Shown here piece by piece: positions 9,284 to 19,354 of a stretch of DNA of 64,000 nucleotides. The translations under genes and the position numbers were made by a program. The stretch comes from Desulfatiglandales bacterium (GTDB lineage Bacteria > Desulfobacterota > DSM-4660 > Desulfatiglandales > HGW-15), in contig CAXXJJ010000001.1 of assembly GCA_963667015.2 (NCBI GenBank), forward strand, positions 1,440,001 through 1,504,000, written 5' to 3'. A model generated the notes under the pieces. That model saw only the letters and a list, made by a program, of their open reading frames with translations, had not been told where the DNA came from and searched no databases. Each line of letters begins with the position of its first letter. Within the stretch, counting starts at the first letter, position 1.

Positions 9284-11074
9284 CTACTCTGTCCAGCGCC
9301 AGTTGTGATCAGGTTTACTAAAGGAAAGGTTTACACCCTGAGGTTCAAATGGCAGGCCGTAAAAATCTTCATAAAAGGTCCTGGCCTCTTCCATTACATC
9401 AAATTTACATTTGTCAGGATGCAGTACCGATGCGATAAACATCAGACCAAGAATCCAGCGGGGGCTTCCGAAATCCCAGCCCGGGGCAGGGTGTTTATAG
9501 ATCTTTTTATTTTGAACCGCCGCAGCATCTATTCCCAGTCGCAGGCATTCGGCGTGAAAATCTTCAACCGAGTTTGAAATAAATGCGGATATAAATATTA
9601 TTTCAGGGTTAAGGCGGTTGAGGTCCTGTGCAGGGATTGTGGCGCCGGGGCGTCCTCCGGGAGGGATATCCCGGTTAACACTGTAGCCCCCTGCGGTCTC
9701 AACAAGCTGATTTTCCAGGCGACCGCCATTGATATAGAACAGCGGAGTTGCCATTGAATAATAGGTTCGGGGCTTTATAGGGGCGTTACCTGCTATGTCC
9801 TCTATAACATCAAGCCTGTCTTCAAGGTACAGGGCCAGTCTTTCCGAACGACTATGAGCACCTGCTTTTCTGCCAAAATGGCGGACCATTTCAATATATT
9901 TCCTGGGATGCTGTATATTGATATGCAGCTTATTGAGTCCTCCGTTTTGAAGTATTTCCTCCCAGGCCGAAATAACAATACTCTTTGATGATACTCCCAT
10001 TGAAATAAGCATTGCCTCCACTATTTCCATTGCCCTGGTAAGAGGATAGCCGCCTTCAAAATCACCTTCCTTATATGCTGTCGGCGATAATGGTCCGATT
10101 ATTTCCAGGTGCTGGGAGCAGGAGGGGCATGTGTTGGCGTGTATTGACTGATAATGGTGATTCTTTATCTTTGCGCCCATGGGGCCGTAAAAATCACGGT
10201 ATAGAACCGGTTCATTACATTTTGGACAATGAGTATTGAGAGAAGGGCTGCCCGGCGTGTTAAAAAGGTATACGTAGTTCAATACCTGCCTGGCCTTTTT
10301 GCAGAATGCCTCTGCTTCAAGAATGGACGGCTCCATGGAGATATCTGCTGCTTCAAAGGGGAGAAAACGCATAACCTGAAGAGGTATGCCCCTGGATATT
10401 TCCGCAATATAATATGCAAGGTTCAATATTTCCGGAAGGTTTTCCTTTGACAGCATACAGGAAACCTCTATATGGATGCCTGCCTCGTACAATGTCTTCA
10501 TGTTTCTCAGGACTGGGGCAATCCCTTTTGCCCCGCATGCCCTGTATGCCTCGTCTGAAAATCCTTTCATTCCTATATTGATAAAATCAAGAAAGGGCAG
10601 CAGCCTGTTCAGCGCTTCAGGTGTAAAGTAGGTATTGGAAGAACAGCCCACAGTTAGTCCCTGTGAATGGGCAAGTTCCGCTGTTTTTAAGAAGCCTGGA
10701 AATGCCACGATAGGATCGTTCATTAAAAAAACAATACCTTCGCAACCTGTTTCAATGGCGTTTTCAATGATTTGTGCAGGGGTCAGATGTCTGAGTGCGC
10801 TGCTTTCAGGTGACATCTCGCGTACAAGAAGCGTTGAGATACAGCCGGGGCAATTAAAGTTACATCCTGTGGTTGTGATCTGGAAAAACTTTGCCCTTGG
10901 ATGAAAATGGAGCATGGGCATTGTTTCGATGGAAATAGGGCATGCAACCAGGTACAGATCAGGGTATTTCTCGGTAATTTCATTGTCTTTCAGTTCGTAA
11001 CGACCGCAGACTCCTGTTTGTACTTCTGAAAGCCGGCATCTGAGTTCGCAGATAGAGCAGTTTAAATATTCCAT
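9284..11074 (-). CDS. Radical SAM protein (AmmeMemoRadiSam/PFL-activase-like) fused to a solute-binding-protein-like domain
   Basis: CSICELRC..GVC, CNFNCPGC cluster motif, CPKC/CPSC; C-terminal half with LNPEIIFIS, WDFGSPRWILG resembling the binding protein at 3215-4306. Confidence 0.85.
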   Translation of the reverse strand: MEYLNCSICELRCRLSEVQTGVCGRYELKDNEITEKYPDLYLVACPISIETMPMLHFHPRAKFFQITTTGCNFNCPGCISTLLVREMSPESSALRHLTPAQIIENAIETGCEGIVFLMNDPIVAFPGFLKTAELAHSQGLTVGCSSNTYFTPEALNRLLPFLDFINIGMKGFSDEAYRACGAKGIAPVLRNMKTLYEAGIHIEVSCMLSKENLPEILNLAYYIAEISRGIPLQVMRFLPFEAADISMEPSILEAEAFCKKARQVLNYVYLFNTPGSPSLNTHCPKCNEPVLYRDFYGPMGAKIKNHHYQSIHANTCPSCSQHLEIIGPLSPTAYKEGDFEGGYPLTRAMEIVEAMLISMGVSSKSIVISAWEEILQNGGLNKLHINIQHPRKYIEMVRHFGRKAGAHSRSERLALYLEDRLDVIEDIAGNAPIKPRTYYSMATPLFYINGGRLENQLVETAGGYSVNRDIPPGGRPGATIPAQDLNRLNPEIIFISAFISNSVEDFHAECLRLGIDAAAVQNKKIYKHPAPGWDFGSPRWILGLMFIASVLHPDKCKFDVMEEARTFYEDFYGLPFEPQGVNLSFSKPDHNWRWTE

Positions 11075-11075
11075 T

Positions 11076-11702
11076 TTATTTCCTTATTAAAATCCAGAGA
11101 CCGATATCTTCACTCTGCAAAATTGTAAAAGAGGGGATATGTGCTTCATAAAGGGCTTTTTCAAAGCGTATTCGGGTTTTGGGGCCCAGGTTCCGATGCA
11201 TCTTATTTTTAAATGGACCTTCCCCCTTTTGACGGGAGGTCATTTCCTGTTCAATAGAGTTTTTAAGTTCTTTTGACCCGAATCCTCCGCCGATATAAGC
11301 CCATCCATTGGGTGAAAGTACACGGTAGATTTCCCTGAAGGCCCGGGAAAGATCTTCCCAGAAAAAAACGGAGCCACGGCTTATGGCCAGATTTATACTG
11401 TTGTCCATAAGATCGATTGATGAGACATCCCCAAGTATTGCTACTGCACGTTCCCTGAGGTTGTTTTTCCGGATTGTCCGTTTTGTGATTTCAATCATGT
11501 CAGCGGATTGATCAAGAAAGTACATAAACAATTGTGTATATGATGCAAGGGCCGCTCCCAGGTAGCCGCTGCCGCAGCCTATATCAAGGCAGGTGCCGCT
11601 GGTTATGCCGGTCCTGGCCGTAATCTGGCGGGCAATGACCGGATAAACCGGTTTAAAAATGTTACTGGCAATTGAATCGAAATTTTTAGCATCTATTTCC
11701 AT
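11076..11702 (-). CDS. Class I SAM-dependent methyltransferase
   Basis: LDIGCGSG, LAISRGSVFFW, YRVLSPNG; paralogue of 1648-2289. Confidence 0.9.
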   Translation of the reverse strand: MEIDAKNFDSIASNIFKPVYPVIARQITARTGITSGTCLDIGCGSGYLGAALASYTQLFMYFLDQSADMIEITKRTIRKNNLRERAVAILGDVSSIDLMDNSINLAISRGSVFFWEDLSRAFREIYRVLSPNGWAYIGGGFGSKELKNSIEQEMTSRQKGEGPFKNKMHRNLGPKTRIRFEKALYEAHIPSFTILQSEDIGLWILIRK

Positions 11703-12208
11703 ATAAATCCTTTTTCAGAGTGATTACGTGCCCGATGAAGTTCGGACCGGGTTACCCTTTGGCTTATTTCTGCCATTTAACCATATCTGTCTTCCTAATT
11801 TATAAAATGGAGAGGCAATCAGTAATTCAGATAAGTGTAAGTTATAAATATAAAATGTAGTTTAAAAAATAAATAAATGTTATTATTGAATTATTTACGA
11901 AAAGTCAATAGTTTGTTTTGTTAATATTGATATAAGGATAACATCTTAATAATATTAGAGAAAAAGAACCAGAAACGTCGGACAGGATGCGGAATAGTGA
12001 AGGAAAATAAATTGAAAAGTAATTTAAAAAAGACATAAGATAATCTCTGAGTCATTGGATCTGTGCATATTTCCTCTACTTGAATTGCGTTTGAAAAGGT
12101 AATAATGTAATATAATCAATATAATATTGCCAAATGAAAAAATTTGTGAGTTTGATGGAGAAAAGGCAAAAATATTTTGATAATAATTATAACATACATA
12201 TATTATGA

Positions 12209-12237
12209 TTGACATAAGTAAAGTGTTGCGATAATAT
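12209..12237 (+). promoter_or_regulatory. Putative sigma70 promoter
   Basis: TTGACA-17 nt-TAATAT with no downstream plus-strand ORF. Confidence 0.5.
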
Positions 12238-12243
12238 CTCATT

Positions 12244-12447
12244 ACTTTTTGTTAGGTTTTTCAGATTCAGCCGGAAAGGCCTGGAGAGTTGCTCTCCTGG
12301 CCTTTCCAATTCTGAATATTATGTCAGGGGTAGCACATACATTGGCCCTGGCATAATAGAAATATTATTTAATATTTCGAATACTTTTTGATTTTCCTAT
12401 TTGGAGAGACAGGCCGAAGGAGTTTCTCTTTCGGTCTGTTATTTTTA
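12244..12447 (+). ncRNA. Candidate structured small RNA
   Basis: Promoter upstream, hairpins at 12265-12317, 12317-12358, 12359-12378 and terminator-like 12409-12439 followed by TATTTTT. Confidence 0.4.
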
Positions 12448-12482
12448 TAGGCCGGATGTTTTATCGAGAGAATATCCGGATC

Positions 12483-12525
12483 AAAAAAAGACGGTTATCC
12501 ATTACCGTATTGGGGGATAACCGTC
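12483..12525 (-). terminator. Intrinsic terminator of the Liv-type operon
   Basis: GACGGTTATCC/GGATAACCGTC stem followed by T7 on the minus strand. Confidence 0.75.
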
Positions 12526-12553
12526 CATATTGGAATGATCATATTGGGCAGTC

Positions 12554-13756
12554 CTAATCTGCTCCCGGTACTACCTTTTCAATCAAAACAGTCTCGCCAT
12601 TTTCGATTCTGTAAATATACTTGGGGATGCAAACGCCCTGGCCATCTACAATATCATATGTGTATTTCAAACCCTGGAATCCCTTCTTGTTGTTGGCATA
12701 GTCCCTTATTTTCATGCGTTCTTCCTTGAGTTTTGCCGGATCTCCTGTAATTCCCTGGACCTCAATGGCCTCTTTTATTAAATACAGCAGTTCGGCATTG
12801 TAGTGACACATGAATTTTAATGGTTCGCCGTTGTGGGTGTCCATATAAAGTTTGAGGTATTCATCATATTTAGGGTTTTCACTGTATGTTGGCGATGTAC
12901 CGGTATAAAGACCTTCACTATATCCCTGGGATTGTTTCAGGAAAACAGGCCCCATGGAATTGGCCCAAAGCCAGATGTGACCGGGGTTAACACCGCGTTC
13001 GATCAGTTCCTTTACTACCTTTGCAGCGGTCTCTTCGGAGCATGCCACATAAAATGCATCAGCCCCGGTATTTATTGCCCTTACCGCAATACTGCTGTAG
13101 TCAAGCATTCCTGAAGGAGTTTCAATCGTGTCGAAGGTCTTTAATCCCATTTCTTCGGCCTTACTTTTATGAGCCTCCCATGTGGTAGTTATGAATGTAT
13201 AGCTGGGTTCAATAATGCCGGCTATTGATTTTATATCGGGAACATGTTTAATCCACAATGGCATGGCATACTCTTTTTCTTCTGCAACAGTACCGGAGGT
13301 ATTTAATATCCAGGGCTTAAACTGTTTCAATATGTCGTCTGTAGCGGTTCCTGAAAAGGCATATATCCCTTCCCGCACGGCAAGAGGCATGGCTGCCTTG
13401 CATTCATCACCATTCATGGGGCCAAGCAGGCAAAGGGCCTTTTCATCAATAATCTGCGCCATGCACGCAGCCGCCTTTGGTGGATCCATACCGGTATCGT
13501 AATATTCAACAACAAGGGGCTTTCCTGCAATTCCGCCTGAACTGTTGATCTCATCAACAACCTTGTTGGTCAGCCATCTGTGCTGGGCCGCATCACCTGC
13601 AATTGAACCGGTGAGAAATATCAGGAATGGTATTTTCCATTCACTTGCCGGGCCGGTTTTTTCCGGTTCCTGTTGTCCGCATGATAAAACAGATAAAACC
13701 ATGCTCAATAGAACAGCGGTTAGTAAATACATAAGGCTTTTTTTTCCTGCTCTCAT
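12554..13756 (-). CDS. Branched-chain amino acid-type ABC substrate-binding lipoprotein
   Basis: Lipobox VLSC; INSSGGIAGKPL..YYDT motif. Confidence 0.88.
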   Translation of the reverse strand: MRAGKKSLMYLLTAVLLSMVLSVLSCGQQEPEKTGPASEWKIPFLIFLTGSIAGDAAQHRWLTNKVVDEINSSGGIAGKPLVVEYYDTGMDPPKAAACMAQIIDEKALCLLGPMNGDECKAAMPLAVREGIYAFSGTATDDILKQFKPWILNTSGTVAEEKEYAMPLWIKHVPDIKSIAGIIEPSYTFITTTWEAHKSKAEEMGLKTFDTIETPSGMLDYSSIAVRAINTGADAFYVACSEETAAKVVKELIERGVNPGHIWLWANSMGPVFLKQSQGYSEGLYTGTSPTYSENPKYDEYLKLYMDTHNGEPLKFMCHYNAELLYLIKEAIEVQGITGDPAKLKEERMKIRDYANNKKGFQGLKYTYDIVDGQGVCIPKYIYRIENGETVLIEKVVPGAD

Positions 13757-13759
13757 CCA

Positions 13760-14599
13760 TTACCCCCTTTTAAATCTCTTTATTGTTTTTCGGTCTATAA
13801 TGCCGCCGGGGCGTACCAGCAGCATAGCAATTAGCAGCACACCATATATGATAACGGAAAGCCCTGTCAGATTCTTTGGTAGAAACTGGCTTATACTCCA
13901 TAAAAAGGGCGCTGAAATGATAATTCCCCACATGGTATACATTCCGCCCAGTACTACAATTGTTATGGCATACATCATCAAATTCATATTGAATTGCGCA
14001 GGAAAAGCGCCTTCCATTGTATAGGCATAGAGTACACCTGCGATGGAACCTATAGCAGAGCTTATAACCTGGAATTGGACACTCAGCCTGCCTGTATTAA
14101 TACCCAGTGTTGAAGCCACATCCCTGTCAAAATGGATTGCATCCATTGCCCTGCCGATATGTGAGGAATCCATGTGATAAACAATGTACCCGATTAACAG
14201 AAGAAGACCGTATGTTATGGATAATGTAATATGATGCGGCATGAAGGGCATGCCGAAGAGACCGTAGCGTGCACCCAGGGCATCGGTATTCTTAACTGCG
14301 GTCTGTATTATCAGGAGGATTGCCATACTTGCTATAACCATTGGGAATGGGCCCAGCTTTGCGAGCCTGAAGGCAGGTATCAATGCTATCAGCATGCTTA
14401 ATATTACGGCACCTGTGAGAACCAGCCACACAGGCCAGCCCCAGTTTATTGAGGTATAGGCCGCAAAATAAGCGCCAATACACATGGAGTAGAGTGAGCC
14501 GAAGTAGGGCTGGTTTATGCGGAACATAAGATAAACTGCCCAGCCTATCATTATATATATGGCGGAAAATTCAAAAAAATAAAATTGAGTTAGAGTCAT
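13760..14599 (-). CDS. LivM-like ABC permease
   Basis: Hydrophobic; SSHIGRAMDAI, VVLGG, RPGGI. Confidence 0.88.
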   Translation of the reverse strand: MTLTQFYFFEFSAIYIMIGWAVYLMFRINQPYFGSLYSMCIGAYFAAYTSINWGWPVWLVLTGAVILSMLIALIPAFRLAKLGPFPMVIASMAILLIIQTAVKNTDALGARYGLFGMPFMPHHITLSITYGLLLLIGYIVYHMDSSHIGRAMDAIHFDRDVASTLGINTGRLSVQFQVISSAIGSIAGVLYAYTMEGAFPAQFNMNLMMYAITIVVLGGMYTMWGIIISAPFLWSISQFLPKNLTGLSVIIYGVLLIAMLLVRPGGIIDRKTIKRFKRG

Positions 14600-14609
14600 A
14601 TTGTTTCCA

Positions 14610-15482
14610 CTAATGCTGAGAGCCGAATATCCCTTCCGGCTTGAACAAAAGAACCAGCAGTATCACTGAAAATGCAAACGCCTTTGTCCAGTCCGGTGGT
14701 AAATAACCCATTACCAGGCTTTCAACTATTCCAATAAAAATAGCGCAGATTAATCCGCCCTTTAAATTTCCTATGCCTGCAAGAAAAAGTATGGCAAGGC
14801 ACATCAGGGTGATATTGTCACCAAGCGCAGGTGATGCTGCGCCATGTGAGACAGCCATTAAAATAGCCACGATCCCGGCTAAAAGACCGCCAAGGGCAAA
14901 GCTTATAAACATGGTTTTTGGAATTGAGATACCCATCATGGCTGCAACTTCCGTATCCTGTGCTACGGCCCTTAATATCCTGCCCTGTTTTGTGTGATAG
15001 AGAAATTTGAAGAATACAAATAAAAGTATAATACCCAGGGCCAGTGATACAATCTGACCGATCCCGATGCTGGCAAGCCCGAACTTTATCGCTGAATCTG
15101 ACATCTGTATGTATCCGGGAAAGGCTATTGGGAGCCCGTGGTTAAGCCAGTGGGACATTACTTCAACGCTTATAAGTGCGATGCCGATTGATATTACCAG
15201 TGCTTCCAGATGGGCACGTTTTTTAATAAACGGTAAAAACAGTGGTGTGAGTGCAGCGTTTATGACTATGCCTGAAACAACCGTCCCTGCGGCTGCCAGG
15301 AAGATGCTGTGGGTAGCTTCCAGTATGAGCCACCCTGCATATATTGAAAGTACCAGCAATTGGCTGTAGCTGAAATTAAGCACTCCCGTGACAAGGATAA
15401 GAAGATTAAATCCTATAGTCACTATCCCGTAAAGAATACCAAGCTGTATCCCTGATATTATATAGCTTGTTAAGGCTTCCAT
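14610..15482 (-). CDS. LivH-like ABC permease
   Basis: GVLNFS, TKQGRILRAVAQD, KPEGIFG. Confidence 0.9.
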   Translation of the reverse strand: MEALTSYIISGIQLGILYGIVTIGFNLLILVTGVLNFSYSQLLVLSIYAGWLILEATHSIFLAAAGTVVSGIVINAALTPLFLPFIKKRAHLEALVISIGIALISVEVMSHWLNHGLPIAFPGYIQMSDSAIKFGLASIGIGQIVSLALGIILLFVFFKFLYHTKQGRILRAVAQDTEVAAMMGISIPKTMFISFALGGLLAGIVAILMAVSHGAASPALGDNITLMCLAILFLAGIGNLKGGLICAIFIGIVESLVMGYLPPDWTKAFAFSVILLVLLFKPEGIFGSQH

Positions 15483-15499
15483 GCATTCTCCATAAAATA

Positions 15500-16216
15500 T
15501 CAGCCTCCGAGATACGCCTGTTGAACAACTTTGTTATCCATCAACTCCTTACCGGTGCCATAGAGTATAATGCTGCCGGTCTGGAAGACATATGCCCGGT
15601 TCGCATGCTGTAAAGTCTTTCTGGCGTTTTGTTCGCTCAGCAGTATGGTGTAACCGTCTTCTTTCAGGTCCAGTATCAGCCTGAACACTTCTTCAACCAC
15701 CTTGGGGGCTAAGCCTAGGGACGGTTCATCGAGCATCAGGAGGGCAGGATCAGACATAAGTGCCCTTGCAATGGCAACAAGCTGCCTCTGGCCCCCGCTC
15801 AGGGTCCCGGCCTGCTGGTACCTGCGTTCCTTTAAGATAGGAAATCTCTCAAACATTTTTTCGATCTGTTCGTTTATGCTGCCCTTAAAATGAACAGCGC
15901 CAAGCTGCAGGTTCTCCAGTATGGACATAAAGGGAAATACCCCGCCACCCTCCGGGACATAGGCAATCCCCGATGAAACAATATCAGGTGTGGACAGCCT
16001 TGTGATATCCTTTCCGCGGTACATTATACTGCCGTACGTGCATTTTTGTATGCCCAGTATTGCCTTCATGAGTGTGGATTTGCCTGCACCGTTGGCACCT
16101 ACCAGACCGAGGATTTCATTTTTAAATATTTTTAAGGAAACATCCCTTATGGCACAGATCTGTCCGTAAAAGGTGGAAATATTATCTATATCCAGAAGCA
16201 GACTATTCTGTTCCAA
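15500..16216 (-). CDS. LivF-like ABC ATPase
   Basis: GANGAGKS, LSGGQRQ, LDEPSLGLAP, AYLGG. Confidence 0.93.
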   Translation of the reverse strand: MEQNSLLLDIDNISTFYGQICAIRDVSLKIFKNEILGLVGANGAGKSTLMKAILGIQKCTYGSIMYRGKDITRLSTPDIVSSGIAYVPEGGGVFPFMSILENLQLGAVHFKGSINEQIEKMFERFPILKERRYQQAGTLSGGQRQLVAIARALMSDPALLMLDEPSLGLAPKVVEEVFRLILDLKEDGYTILLSEQNARKTLQHANRAYVFQTGSIILYGTGKELMDNKVVQQAYLGG

Positions 16217-16982
16217 GGTATGCCTCCAGCACCCTGGGATCGTCCTTTATATTGTCCGGATTCCCTTCTGCTATTTTTTCACCGAAGTCCAGGACTGATA
16301 CCCTGTCGGCATTTTCCATAACAAGCTTCATGTCGTGGCTGATAAGTACTATGGTAACATCGGTATCCCTGATCTGCCTGATGATTTTCCCCACTATCCG
16401 GCTTTCCTCTAATCCCATACCTGCTGTGGGTTCATCAAGAATAACAAGTTTCGGTTCCGTTGCCATGGAGCGGGCTATTTGAAGAAGCTGGCATTCAACC
16501 CAGCTGAGTTCAGCTCCTGAACGTTCCGCCGATCCGGTCATGCCTACCATATCAAGGAGTTCCATTGCCCTTGTTTCTGTTTTTTTCTCTTCTTCTCTTC
16601 TTAAAAAATGAGGGTAGAACATTGTTTTGAGCATACCTGATTTTATCCGGGGGTGGCATCCTGTCATGATATTTTGCAGGCAGTTTAAGTGAGGAAGAAT
16701 CTGTGCCTTCTGGAATGTTCTGGAAATACCTTTTTCTGTGATAGAGTGAGGTTCAAGATTGCTGATTATATTACCCATAAACAGGATTTTACCGTTCTCA
16801 GGCCTGATAAGCCCTGAAACAGCATTGGTAAATGTTGTTTTCCCGGCGCCGTTGGGACCTATAAGACCATGGATTTCACCTTCTCTGACGTTTACATCTA
16901 CCTTGTTAAGGGCTATGAGTCCTCCGAAATGAATGCTCAATCCTTTTGTTGAAAGAATTACACTGTTTTCAGTATCAGCCAT
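16203..16982 (-). CDS. LivG-like ABC ATPase
   Basis: FGGL, GPNGAGKT, LDEPTAG, HDM, EAYLG. Confidence 0.93.
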   Translation of the reverse strand: MADTENSVILSTKGLSIHFGGLIALNKVDVNVREGEIHGLIGPNGAGKTTFTNAVSGLIRPENGKILFMGNIISNLEPHSITEKGISRTFQKAQILPHLNCLQNIMTGCHPRIKSGMLKTMFYPHFLRREEEKKTETRAMELLDMVGMTGSAERSGAELSWVECQLLQIARSMATEPKLVILDEPTAGMGLEESRIVGKIIRQIRDTDVTIVLISHDMKLVMENADRVSVLDFGEKIAEGNPDNIKDDPRVLEAYLGTE

Positions 16983-17289
16983 ATCCTGTGCAGCGGAAGA
17001 AATAATAATGTCCTCTCTCTATATGATTCTATTGCTCGGCTCCATATTTGCCCCGGGTTAAAACCGATTGGCTTAAATACAGGAGATAGTATGCTTATTC
17101 GGAAATGAAGTTTATGGATTTAGGGCCTGAGTGTCAATAAGTAATAAAACGATTATTGTGTTGTTAGAATACTCCTTCTCAACGACAGTTATTTGTTGTT
17201 ATAACCATCTTTTTTTACTATACAATTCATTAAAAAAAATGACGCCTGAATTTTATTTGCTTTTAAAAATATAGTTATCTTCACGGAGC

Positions 17290-19281
17290 ATGGAAAAAAA
17301 GAAATCATACAGAGTTGGTCGATTTGAACTTGAGCGCCTCCTGTCCAAAAGTGATCAGAGCAGTGTTTACCTTGCCAGAGATACTACCCTTGATCGTAAG
17401 GTAGCTATTAAATTCCTGACAGACAAGGCCATTAAAAGGAATGAACGGTTCGCTCAAACAATGCAGGAGGCCAGGGCTGTAAGCAAATTGCAGCACCCGA
17501 ATATCATATCCATCTACGAGACCGGCGAATATAAAAATACTCCATACCTTGTATTTGAATATGTGGAAGGCATCTCCTTAAGAGATGTCCTTAAAAAAAA
17601 GAATTCCCTGACTATTCATAACGCTGTGAAGCTCATGAGCCAGATTCTCAATGGAATTGCACTGGCTCATGAGCACGGGATTATTCATAATGATCTTAAA
17701 CCTGAAAATATTCTGATCTGCAATAAAGGTGTTCCAAGGGTAATGGATTTTGGGATATCCATGATAGTCAATGAAAAAAATCAGGCAGATCACCCGCAAA
17801 AGGGCACATTACATTATATGGCTCCCGAATGTTTCTCAAACGGTGTCATTGGCAAGAGTACAGATGTTTTTTCTCTGGGTTTGATTCTCTATGAGATGCT
17901 TACTTTTACCCCCTGTGTTGAGGCTGAAAACGAATTTGCCCTGATCTATAAAATTGTATATGAACCCGCTGTGCTTCCTTCACTTGCCAACCCGGACGTA
18001 AACAGCTCTCTGGACAGTATTTTCGAAAAGGCGGTTCAGAAAGATCCAAAGTCAAGGTTTCAGGACGCCGGTTCCATGAAGGAGGCTATTGATGCCTATA
18101 TCGAGTCCATTGATAATAAAGGGCCAGTCCTGCCAGTAAAAAGCAGCACAGAGGGGATTCTCAGCTTTCTTCTTCGCAGGATGAAGTACAAATCGGATTT
18201 TCCGGCGTTTTCAAAATCAGTAATGGATATCAATGAAAAAGCGGAGAAAAATCCATATGCCTCAGCAAGAGATCTGGCGAATATAATCCTTAAAGATTAC
18301 TCACTTACCAACAAGCTGCTTAAACTGGTCAACTCCGCCTTTTACGGTGGTGTTGGCAAGGGTGTTACAAGTATCCATCATGCAGTAGTTATTCTGGGGC
18401 TGGAACAGGTTCGCATGACCGCTGCTGCCATGCTTGTATTTACACAGATCCGTGACAAGTCAAACGTTGAAGAACTCAGGGACTCGATGATCAAGTCATT
18501 TATGAGCGGGTTGATTGAGATAGAGATTGCAAATCAGATGAATCTGCCCAAGACGGAAATAGGGTTTCTCTGTGCCATGTTCCAGAACCTTGGAAGGAAC
18601 CTGACCGTATATTATTTTCCTGAGGAGTATTCTGATATACTGGCGTTAATGGAAGAAAAGGGCCTTAACATGCATAATGCCGCCCACGAGGTCCTGGGAG
18701 TTTCATTTGATGAACTGGGTGTCTGTGTTGCCCGTCACTGGAAGTTCCCGGAGACAATAATATACGGCATGCGCAGTTTGCCTGAAGGTATTGTTGAGAA
18801 GCCGAAGTCGAAACTGGAAATGATTCGTCATTTTTCGGTTTTTGCCAATGAATTATGTGAGCTGGCAGGCAGTATAGATGCCGAAAACAGTAAGGAGCAA
18901 CTGGAAAAGCTGATCAATAGATTCAAGTCAAGTATTGCTATGTCTGAAGAAGATCTTTTAAAGATACTGCTGAACTCCGTGGAAAAGATGAAGAAATATG
19001 CCACTATCCTGGATATCGATCCTGAAAAAAGCCTTTTTATTCAAAATATCTTCAGGCTGACCGGGGCGGATGAAGAGAGTGAAGAGTATGTCAATTATGA
19101 AGATCTTACTCAAGAAGAAGCCCCTCAGATTCAATCCGGACATGATATTCCAGACAATGATGATTCTGAAGCGGAAAGCAGAAACGGAACCGAGCGGATA
19201 GTAAGAATCCCGGAGAAAAAGTCGCTCTCTTTTCCTAAAAAACTTCTCAGGATGTTTGGGAATATCACTGGCAGGAATTAA
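17290..19281 (+). CDS. Hanks-type Ser/Thr kinase fused to an HDOD domain
   Basis: VAIK, HNDLKPEN, DFG, YMAPE; HDOD motif LTNKLLKLVNSAFY. Confidence 0.9.
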   Translation: MEKKKSYRVGRFELERLLSKSDQSSVYLARDTTLDRKVAIKFLTDKAIKRNERFAQTMQEARAVSKLQHPNIISIYETGEYKNTPYLVFEYVEGISLRDVLKKKNSLTIHNAVKLMSQILNGIALAHEHGIIHNDLKPENILICNKGVPRVMDFGISMIVNEKNQADHPQKGTLHYMAPECFSNGVIGKSTDVFSLGLILYEMLTFTPCVEAENEFALIYKIVYEPAVLPSLANPDVNSSLDSIFEKAVQKDPKSRFQDAGSMKEAIDAYIESIDNKGPVLPVKSSTEGILSFLLRRMKYKSDFPAFSKSVMDINEKAEKNPYASARDLANIILKDYSLTNKLLKLVNSAFYGGVGKGVTSIHHAVVILGLEQVRMTAAAMLVFTQIRDKSNVEELRDSMIKSFMSGLIEIEIANQMNLPKTEIGFLCAMFQNLGRNLTVYYFPEEYSDILALMEEKGLNMHNAAHEVLGVSFDELGVCVARHWKFPETIIYGMRSLPEGIVEKPKSKLEMIRHFSVFANELCELAGSIDAENSKEQLEKLINRFKSSIAMSEEDLLKILLNSVEKMKKYATILDIDPEKSLFIQNIFRLTGADEESEEYVNYEDLTQEEAPQIQSGHDIPDNDDSEAESRNGTERIVRIPEKKSLSFPKKLLRMFGNITGRN

Positions 19282-19298
19282 CTTTTGGGTAAAACAAA

Positions 19299-19327
19299 GG
19301 CTGAAGGTTTTATAAAAACCTCCAGCC
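19299..19327. terminator. Hairpin between convergent genes
   Basis: GGCTGAAGGTTTT/AAAACCTCCAGCC. Confidence 0.55.
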
Positions 19328-19354
19328 CTTAAATGTTTTAATCAATGAAAAATA

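Noticed and set aside
11703..12000. Cobalamin or Moco riboswitch upstream of the TonB operon
   Set aside because: No B12 box or other conserved core was recognisable; an Infernal scan is needed
12024..12242. 72-aa ORF
   Set aside because: AT-rich promoter DNA, no RBS, not protein-like
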